Source of the DNA: Octopus bimaculoides
Lineage: Eukaryota
Length of the DNA stretch: 43,920 nt
Assembly: GCF_001194135.2 (NCBI RefSeq)
Contig: NC_068986.1
Span: 107,694,173 to 107,738,092, forward strand
Reading direction: 5' to 3'
Shown here: positions 35,535 through 43,920 of the stretch, in pieces
How the letters are laid out: every line of letters begins with the position of its first letter
Position numbering within the stretch: position 1 is the stretch's first letter
Translations under genes and position numbers: made by a program
The notes under the pieces: generated by a model
Told to the model about the DNA's origin: nothing
The model's database searches: none
The model's input: only the letters and a program-made list of their open reading frames with translations

Positions 35535-35922
35535 GTGGAGGCGCAATGGCCTAGTGATTAGGGCAGTGGAATCGCGGACATAGGATCGCGGTTTCGATTC
35601 CCAGACCGGGCGTTGTGAGTGTTTATTGAGCGAAAACACCTAAAGCTCCACGAGGCTCCGGCAGGGGATGGTGGCGAACCCTGCTGTACTCTTTCACCAC
35701 AACTTTCTCTCACTCATACTTCCTGTTTCTGTTGTATCTGTATTTCAAAGGGTCAGCCTTGTCACACTGTGTCACGCTGAATAACCCCGAGAACTACGTT
35801 AAGGGTACACGTGTCTGTGGAGTGCTCAGCCACTTACATGTTAATTTCACGAGCAGGCTGTTCCGTTGATCGGATCAACTGGAACCCTCGACGTCGTAAG
35901 CGACGGAGTGCCAACAACAACA
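35535..35922 (+). mobile_element. SINE family C, full length, 12-bp TSD (1 mismatch)
   Basis: TSD ATACAGACTTAA (35523-34) and ATACAGTCTTAA (35923-34). Confidence 0.97.
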
Positions 35923-35930
35923 ATACAGTC

Positions 35931-36379
35931 TTAAAACTTTTGATATCAACCCAACTCAGGCCTACTTTTTAATCCGTTAAACCCGCGATTAGGATTTGAC
36001 CAGCGCGATTTCGTTTTACTATATCACGAAAAAAGGTAAAAGCGGATGGCCACATGGTTTTCTGTTTACAACGAGCTAAATAACAGAAGCATCGTTATTT
36101 CAGCCGTGAACAAAAAATATGATGCGGCACACCTTTGCGTCTTCCAATGCTATAGTCAAACGCAATCACTTCAGCTAAAGCATACTCGCCCCTTTCAAAA
36201 AGATAAACAGGCCTAAATTAAAACCTTCCATCAGAATTTCATTTTAGTTCATGTTCAAATCACCAGCTTCATAATAACGAAGGTATATTAGTAATTTATT
36301 AGTAATTTATTAGTAATTTATTAGTAATTTATTCGTTATTTTACAGTATAATTCAGATATATTAGCACGAAAGGGTTAA
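35931..36379. mobile_element. Possible piggyBac-type non-autonomous element with an internal 11-bp tandem repeat
   Basis: TTAA at both ends. The right end AAAGGG-TTAA is canonical; the left end TTAA-AACTTT is decayed. (TATTAGTAATT)x4 lies at ~36286-36332. Confidence 0.4.
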
Positions 36380-36954
36380 AGTATTATCATTCCGTTAGGT
36401 TTTCACAATATTTCTTTGAATAACGCTCGGAACGCCAGTCAGTTGATCTATTTATCAACAATATCAGATTTACTATGTTCAGTGACCTTGTCTTTTGCCT
36501 GTTGAGATGCCACATAATGTCTCATTTTTTTTTCTTTTCTTCTCTTCTTCTTCCATTTTTTTTTTTCATTTACAAGAAACTTTTTTCAGCTAGAACTATA
36601 TCTCGGATAATTTTAAAATTTCATACTTTCATCATAAAACGCAATTGATATCTGTGTACAGAAGTCATATAAGAGAGGTGAATAATAAATGAATGTGAAA
36701 ATGAAATAAACATAGACATATTTACTTACCATCTTCATAGTTTATATGAAGAAGACGAAGAAAATCTGATTTTATCATCACAACAGAGTCGTTAGTTGTC
36801 GGTTTTGAAGCTGTACAAACAAAACCATAAAACAGAAGACAAAACAGAAGAATAAATCAGAGCAAAAGTATTTTAAAGACACACCAAATATCTAAGCAGA
36901 ATAATCACAGAATCACACATTTCCATTCTTGTATGTATCTCTCGCTTGTTCCTA

Positions 36955-37125
36955 CTACACGGGAGCACCACCTTGAAGGGTTTTAGTCAATTCGACCCCG
37001 GGACTTAATATTTTGTTAAAAGTCTGATATTTATTCTATTGTTTCCTTTTGCCGAATGATGAAATAGGGACGTAAGCAAACCAACATCAGATGTAAATCG
37101 GTGTCGGGAGACAAACACTAACACA
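36955..37125 (-). mobile_element. SINE family A, old 3' fragment
   Basis: GGAGCACCACC...TTTAGTC...CGACCCC..GACTTA...TTCTATTG...TTTGCCGAA...GGACGTAA...GACAAACAC aligns with family A. Confidence 0.7.
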
Positions 37126-37169
37126 CACGTGCGCACGCGCACGCACACACACACACATGGTATGTGTGT

Positions 37170-37819
37170 ATTCTTTTATTCTTTTATTATGGCGGTGAGC
37201 TGGTAGAATCGTTAGCACGCCGGGTGAAATCCTTAGCGGTATTTCGTCTGTCTTTATGTTCTGAGTTCAAATTCTGCCGAGGTCGACTTTGCCTTTCATC
37301 CTTTCCGGGTCGATAAATTAAGCACCAGTTCCGTACTGGGGTCGATCTAATCGACTGGGCCCCTCCCAAAAAATTTCGGGCCTTTTTCCTAGAGTAGAAA
37401 AGATTTTATTTGTTTCAGTCATTTGACTGTGGCTATGCTGGAGCACCGACTTTAGTCGAACAAATTGACTTCAGGATTTATTCTTTTGTGAGCTAAGTAC
37501 TTACTCTATTGGTAACTTTTGCCGAACCGCTATGTTACGGAGACGAAAACACACCAGTATCGGTCGTCAAGCGATGGTGAGGGACAAACACGGACTGGTA
37601 TTTAGGCAGTGTGTTATATATCCCAATAATTACAGGTATGAACCTAAAGTATATATGTATACGATGGACTTCCGCAGAGTTTCTGTCTGCCAAATTCAAC
37701 CACAAGGCATTAATCGGGGCTGTTGTAGAAGTCACATTTCCAAGGTACCGTACATTGAGACTGAACCCAAAAACTACGTGGTTGCTAAGCGAGCATTCTA
37801 ACTACACGGCCATGCCTGC
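37170..37819 (-). mobile_element. SINE family A with a family B SINE inserted in its tail and a LINE fragment at its internal microsatellite
   Basis: Tail repeat at 37170-37190 and body at 37408-37819. Confidence 0.85.
37191..37407 (+). mobile_element. SINE family B, well-preserved copy
   Basis: A box TGGTAGAATCG, B box GAGTTCAAATTC, tail CCTAGAGTAGAAAAGATT. Confidence 0.95.
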
Positions 37820-38099
37820 AATTTTAAGGTCGAAATCCAGGCCGACAGTAAATTGTGCAACCGTGCTAAACGAGGACAAGTTGTTATTCTTATATATCAA
37901 TATATTGATTAGAAACAAGGTAAAGCTGTTATTGATTTATCCAGGTGTTGCGATTTCACATTACCTTTCGATAACTTGAAATCGTGTTGATGAGGTTGAT
38001 GAGATGAGGTGAAAGTGGTTTCAGTTAAACCCTGGGTTGTAAGTGGAAGGCAGATTTATCTTTATCCAGTACTCGTTCATATTATCCTGCTGCGATGGG

Positions 38100-38140
<41 letters not shown>

Positions 38141-38178
38141 CGGTGGTGGTGGTGGTGGTGGTGGTGGTNNNNNNNNNN

Positions 38179-38256
<78 letters not shown>
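38100..38256. repeat. (TAG)n/(TGG)n microsatellite with a 10-N gap (38169-38178)
   Basis: Directly visible. Confidence 0.95.
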
Positions 38257-38257
<1 letters not shown>

Positions 38258-39344
38258 AGTTGAAGTTCACAGGAACCTTGTGGAGTAATACGAAATATAT
38301 ACAGAGAGTTCGGGCTAAATTTAACGACTTTTATGTCTCCCTCTTTCAAGAACAGCTTGATGTGTTGGTGAACAGTCACTGGCGTTGGAGAGCATAAAAG
38401 ATTAAAGCTGTAGTTGAGAATAAGTTAACTGACAAGGAGTACTGAAAGCCGTCATATAAGTCAACGTCGAATCAACTACGCTATTGTATATGCGGTGAGC
38501 GACAAAACAGCAGCGCCAGAGTTTCTCATATCCTAAAAAACAGCTACTGTAATATTTATACACAATTATATCAAAAGATAGCAACATCGAATTTGAAACG
38601 AAAATATACAAATACCGGAACACGTCCATGAAACCTTTACTTCGTACGAGCTAACGATAGAATATCTCTTCTGTCGTTCGATCTTCCAGAATAAGCAATT
38701 AAATTAGTCCCCCAAAGAGGTAACATTGATCTCCTCTTGTAAAAACTACAACTTCAAGAAACACTTAACTTGAAACATATTTAATAATAATTATATCAAA
38801 GTTACTTTAGCTTGTTACAAACTTATTTCAACTTTTAAAAACAAATATTTTCAAGTGCTGACTTTGCTCGTGATCCCAGTGTTACACACGTCCAGTTATA
38901 GTTCAAACAATCCGCTTATTTTGAATTAGTTTGGCTAATTGTTATTCTGAACAATATCCCTTGATAGTCGAAGCTTATACAATTCTCTTCAAAGCAGAAT
39001 TTTCTCTTCTGTAAAATTATTCTTATCAGAGCTTCTCATATAGTTATTAGAAACGAACGTTCATGCGATCATTGATATTTCTATTTAGTCACGTCTTTTA
39101 ACGGACTAATTGGAAAATGTTCTCACATCAACAGGAAGTAGACGTTAAAGTAGACACTGTCTAATAAAATTACTTTTACATATACATATCAAAGCAACGA
39201 AAGAATGACAATTATTAATGTCTTTGGTGTCTTATGTGTGTGTATAGTAAATAATAATAACAAAACATTAATAACAGCACCAACAACAACAATTATTATT
39301 ATTTAAATAAGAATAACAGCTACACCCATAACAACACCAACGAC

Positions 39345-39345
<1 letters not shown>

Positions 39346-39439
<94 letters not shown>

Positions 39440-39470
39440 TAATAATAATAATAATAAAAATAAAAATAAA

Positions 39471-39546
<76 letters not shown>
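39346..39546. repeat. (TAA)n microsatellite
   Basis: Directly visible. Confidence 0.98.
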
Positions 39547-39547
<1 letters not shown>

Positions 39548-39760
39548 GGCCAATAGACCAGATATAGTTGTCAAAGATCATGAAGGAAAAAAATGCTTTC
39601 TAATTGATGTATCAATACCAGCAGATGACAACGTTTCCCTAAAAGAAATGAAGAAACTTTCAAAATACAAAGACCTGGAAATAGAGGTAACTTGAATGTG
39701 GAATCTAAAAACAGAAGACAATTCCTATTATAGTAGGTACCTCAGGTATAATAAAAACAT
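39546..39760 (+). mobile_element. R4/Dong-like LINE endonuclease fragment (second family) abutting (TAA)n
   Basis: KANRPDIVVKDHEGKKCFLIDVSIPADDNVSLKEMKKLSKYKDLEIEVT*MWNLKTE(frameshift)TIPIIVGTSGIIK, a PD-(D/E)xK RLE domain. It is followed by (AAACAT)n to ~39824. Confidence 0.92.
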
Positions 39761-40327
39761 AAACATAAACATAAAAATAAACATAAAAATAAACATAAAC
39801 ATAAACATAAACATAAACATAAACTCTGATGACTGGATGTTTAAATTCCAAATAAGCCGTGCAGAGAAAAGTCGTGTAGGTAAAATCTTTTCCCTACACG
39901 TCTTATTTGGAGTTAGAATTTTCAATCTCCTTACTCATCTATAGAGGAAAGTCTCTAAATCCTCTCACATATTTTCAAATAACCGTTATAGACTTTAGTT
40001 TTAGTTAATATCTAACTGGATTCACACATATCTTTCTTTTTCATAAGGATAAATATGAATCTCCTAGATTCTATTCCACTTTTTCTTTTCTCACCTCCTT
40101 TGTAAAAAACTTTGTTTATACTTCTTGCACTGTGATATATAATTAATTTAATTTAATCTGATTGATTTAATTAATTAATTCTATTCAAACATGAATTTGC
40201 ATGATTTTTGAAACGATCGTTTGCATGAATTAAAATTCTTATATATCTTAACACCTTCTCTTCTCCATTTTTATCAAAATTGTTGTTTTATGGGATTTCT
40301 TTTCACAAATTCACAACACACTATATA

Positions 40328-40330
<3 letters not shown>

Positions 40331-40400
<70 letters not shown>
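40331..40400. repeat. (GT)n microsatellite
   Basis: Directly visible. Confidence 0.98.
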
Positions 40401-40423
<23 letters not shown>

Positions 40424-40710
40424 CACACACACGAGCACATTCTTAGTTTAAATTCTACCGAGATTATTATTTTTTGCCCTGACAGATGTCAAATGGTTAA
40501 AGGTCATTGCTTCCTCAACTTTTTAACACCTTCTTTAGAATTCTTGTTGTTCCTAACAAATCTATTTACTGTAACAGCCCGGTTCCGATGGGAATTCTTA
40601 GCTTCTTAAACCATGATTCCAACTAACCGTTCCCAGTGCACCAGCCACAATCGGTTCCACGTCTACGAGCCTGATTCTCCTTAGTTTTCTGATTTCCCAC
40701 TTTAGCTCCT

Positions 40711-40880
40711 GATATTTCATCCGTCTTTACATTCTGAGTTCAAATTCCACCTAGGCTGACCTTGCCTTCATCCTTTTCTGGGTCAATGAAATAATTATCA
40801 GTTGAACATTTGGGCCAATGTGACCGACTAGTTTCCTCCCCAAAGATTTTAGGCTTGTGCCGTAGTAGAAAGAATCTTAT
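40711..40880 (+). mobile_element. SINE family B, 5'-truncated and diverged
   Basis: TCTTTACATTCTGAGTTCAAATTCC...GTAGAAAGAAT aligns with family B. Confidence 0.8.
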
Positions 40881-41522
40881 AATAATTCTGCTTGTCATTC
40901 TGTTACTTAGCCCGTCCATAACGCTTTCACGTGATTAGAGAAAAAGAGAGAGAAAGAAAAGAGAGAGAGAAAAGACGGAGAGAGAAGCGTCCATGGCATG
41001 AGGTAGAGGGAACGTAATTGTAACGCTTTCACGTGATAAGTTGAAGGGAAATAGAGAACAAGAGGAAGAAAGAAAAAGGAGAGAGAAAAAGAGGAGAATA
41101 AAGCGAAGAGTGAGACAGAAAGAGAAAGAAAGAAAGAGAGAGACAAAAAGACGGAGAAAAATAAAGACGGAAAGAGAAGCATCAATGATGTGAGGTAGGG
41201 GGACGTAATATTTATTACGTGTTTTAAAAAGTTAGTTGAAGGTAGTGATATAGAGGGGAGTTTTAAAGATAATTGTAGCCAAAGGGTGATGTCTTGATGG
41301 TGAGGTTGAAGAAAGGCAGAGATGATGAGATTAAAGAAAGGCAAAGAAAGGAAGAGAGATAGGAGGGAGAGAAAGAGGGGGAGAGAGAGATGATGATGGT
41401 GATAGTGATGGTGATGCTGGTGCTGGTGTTGGAGATGGAATTGGAGTTGGTGGTGCAGGTTGTGGCGGTGACTGGATAGTGAAAAGGGCATTTCTTTTAA
41501 TTGAACTAAGTTATTTTTTATA

Positions 41523-41931
41523 TCACCTATCACTAAAGGCATGCACGTAAGTGCAATTCCGTGAAATATTCACGCTTATTTACGTGGAAGATATATGCAA
41601 TTTAACTAAAGGTTGTATCATATATACAGCGATATATTTTTTCCCCTGTTTATGGGGAATATGGGAAAATAAGAGGGAATATTTATTTTATGAGTGCTGT
41701 GTATTAAGTCTATAAAATTGAGTATAAAGTATATAAAGTGTATATATAAAGTGTATTAAGTAATCATCGTATTCCAATTTCTTTCTCTTTTCAATGAGTA
41801 GCAGACAAGCGACTATCTTTCCATACAGACACAACACAGGCTACACTTTCAGGATTTTTGGGGATAAAGTTTTCAGAAATAACCCAAAAGGTTGACCATT
41901 AATTCCGTGAAATATTCACGGGTCCTACTAG
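41523..41931 (+). mobile_element. Non-autonomous Helitron (~409 bp)
   Basis: The 3' end is a hairpin CCGTGAA-ATA-TTCACGG (41905-21) followed by CTAG|T (41928-32). A candidate 5' end is A|TCACCTATCACTAAAGGC. A 20-bp exact copy of the hairpin region sits at 41555-74. Confidence 0.6.
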
Positions 41932-41948
41932 TTATTATTATCATTGCT

Positions 41949-42358
41949 AAGGAGGCGAGCTGGCAGAATCGTTATTTCGCCTGCCGTTACGTTCTGAGTT
42001 TAAATTCCGCCGAGGTCGACTTTGCTTTTCATCCTTTCGAAGGTCGATAAATTAAGTACCAGTTACGCACTAGGGTCGATGTAATCGACTTAATCCCTTT
42101 GTCTGTCCTTGTTTGTCCCCTCTATGTTTACCCCCTTGTTGGCAATAAAGAAATAAGAATTGTTAGCACGCCGGGCAAAAGGCTTGGCGGCATTTCGTTT
42201 GTCTTTACGTATTGAGTTCAAATTCCACCGAGGTCAAGTTTACTTTTCAATCTTTCGAGTTCGATAAAATAAGTAACAGTTGAACACTAGAATCGATGTA
42301 ATCGATTTACTCTCTTCCTTAAAACTGCTGGCCTTGACCCCAAATCTGAAACCATTAT
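41949..42358 (+). mobile_element. SINE family B with a 5'-truncated variant (41975-42155) nested in its A box
   Basis: Duplicated target AGAATCGTTA (41965-74) and AGAATTGTTA (42156-65). The inner copy has a different tail (...GGCAATAAAGAAATA). Confidence 0.85.
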
Positions 42359-42414
42359 CATTGTTGTTGTTGTTGTTATATAGCAAGCCCAATATTAGCA
42401 CGAACATATATAAC

Positions 42415-42627
42415 AATAATTCTTTTCTACTTTAGGCACAAGGCCCGAAATTTTGGGGGAGCAGGCCAATCGATTAGATCGACCCCAGTACTCAACTGTT
42501 ATTTAATTTATCGACCCCGAAAGTATAAAAGGAAAAGCCGACCTCGGTGGAGTTTGAACTCAAAACGTAAAAACAGACGAAATACTACTAAGCGGTCCGC
42601 TAACGTTGTCGCCAGATCGCCACCGTT
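42415..42627 (-). mobile_element. SINE family B
   Basis: Reverse complement of a full family B copy. Confidence 0.9.
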
Positions 42628-43386
42628 GTATATAGTAATAATAATGTCTATAAGTGTAACAGCAACATTGATAACAACAATGGCCGAGATGAAAAATAGA
42701 TACAACGAAAATATTTGAATATGTACAGAAACCTTGAAATCACTTTGGTATACTAAGAGTGAACTCTATATAGTAAGATCGATAAGGTGTTCACGTCTAC
42801 CACAGCTTCCACCGAAACCAAAACAAGTAATTAAAGTACCAAAAAGACGGAGGAGGCGGTATATAAAGATAATGAAGATCGTGAAGATAATGGCGTTGGG
42901 GAAGAAAAATGATGTGAGAAAGAGGTAAAGGAAGAGAACTGCTTTTCGTTTTATTTGATAATATCGGAGATAGAACTACTCTGGAGAATAAATGTATATG
43001 GCAGCTTTTCTTTAATAATATCTAAAATTATATTTAAAGACTATATCTTGAAGAACTAATAGAGATAACTAGGTTTAGAGTAATAGAGGCCATTGTAGTA
43101 GCGATAGAATAGTTAGAGATGAAAAACAGTACGTCTGCGTTTAGTAATTGAAGCCTGTTGAGAGATTGAATCTTTGATAATTGCTAGAATTGTATTGCTT
43201 TGAATGTGATTTACGGTGTAGCAGCAGTTTCGTTCCCTACATGACAGCAGTATTCCAACGTGGATTTTATTACACGGTATAGGGTTACTTACTGACAAGG
43301 GTTAAATAGTTTCCTGACCCTAAAAAATAATCCTCCTTTATATGCACTTATAATCCTGTTATATATGTGTGTACATATATATGAGT

Positions 43387-43427
<41 letters not shown>

Positions 43428-43475
43428 TGTACGTGTGTGTGTGTTTGTATGTGTGTGTATGTATATTTATATGTA

Positions 43476-43522
<47 letters not shown>

Positions 43523-43537
43523 ATATATATATATATA

Positions 43538-43905
43538 GTGGAGGTGCAATGGCCCAGTGGTTAGGGTAGCGGACTCGATTCCCAGACTGGGCGTTGTGAG
43601 TGTTTATTGAGCGAAAACACCTAAAGCTCCACGAGGCTCCAACAGGGGATGGTGGCGAACCCTGCTGTACTCTTTCACCACAACTTTCTCTCACTCTTAC
43701 TTCCTGTTTCTGTTGTGCCTGTAATTCAAAGGGTCAGCCTTGTCACACTGTGTCACGCTGAATATCTCCGAGAACTATGTTAAGGGTACACGTGTCTGTG
43801 GAGTGCTCAGCCACTTGCACGTTAATTTCACGAGCAGGCTGTTCCGTTGATCGGATCAACTAGAACCCTCGACGTCGTAAGCGACGGAGTGCCAACAACA
43901 ACAAC
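43538..43905 (+). mobile_element. SINE family C, full length with a ~22-bp deletion in the tRNA head
   Basis: Matches 28336 and 35535; GGACTCG|ATTCC junction at a TCG microhomology; (CAA)n tail. Confidence 0.96.
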
Positions 43906-43920
43906 ATATAATGTGATATA

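Noticed and set aside
40907-41542. 211-aa minus-strand ORF with poly-His and Leu/Ser/Phe-rich segments
   Set aside because: It is a product of (GAT/GGT)n and GA-rich low-complexity DNA.

Overview
This is AT-rich, repeat-saturated eukaryotic DNA with six assembly gaps. The SINE and repeat families and the TTAGGG repeat look like an octopus genome; that is inferred from family recognition, not a database hit. I found no complete protein-coding gene. Bases 1-47 may be the 3' end of a neuropeptide-precursor exon (…FLDDKRQG|gt, reminiscent of molluscan CCK/sulfakinin), in which case the rest of the window is probably intron. Mobile elements present: about 25 tRNA-type SINE copies from at least three families, two R4/Dong-like RLE LINE relics abutting different microsatellites, a decayed Penelope-like (PLE) RT, an internally deleted mariner and a mariner MITE, a solo LTR with a 4-bp TSD, a non-autonomous Helitron, and three long foldback elements. 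The most notable signal is a set of hammerhead-ribozyme (HHR) motifs that the ORF track cannot show. One is an apparently intact type I HHR with an extended stem I (31451-31542, minus strand). One is a near-intact minimal HHR at the inner edge of a 258-bp mini-element with perfect 43-bp terminal inverted repeats (22333-22590). Several decayed HHR cores are also present, and HHR-like 'GAAAC-palindrome-GTA' halves sit near the tips of all three foldbacks.
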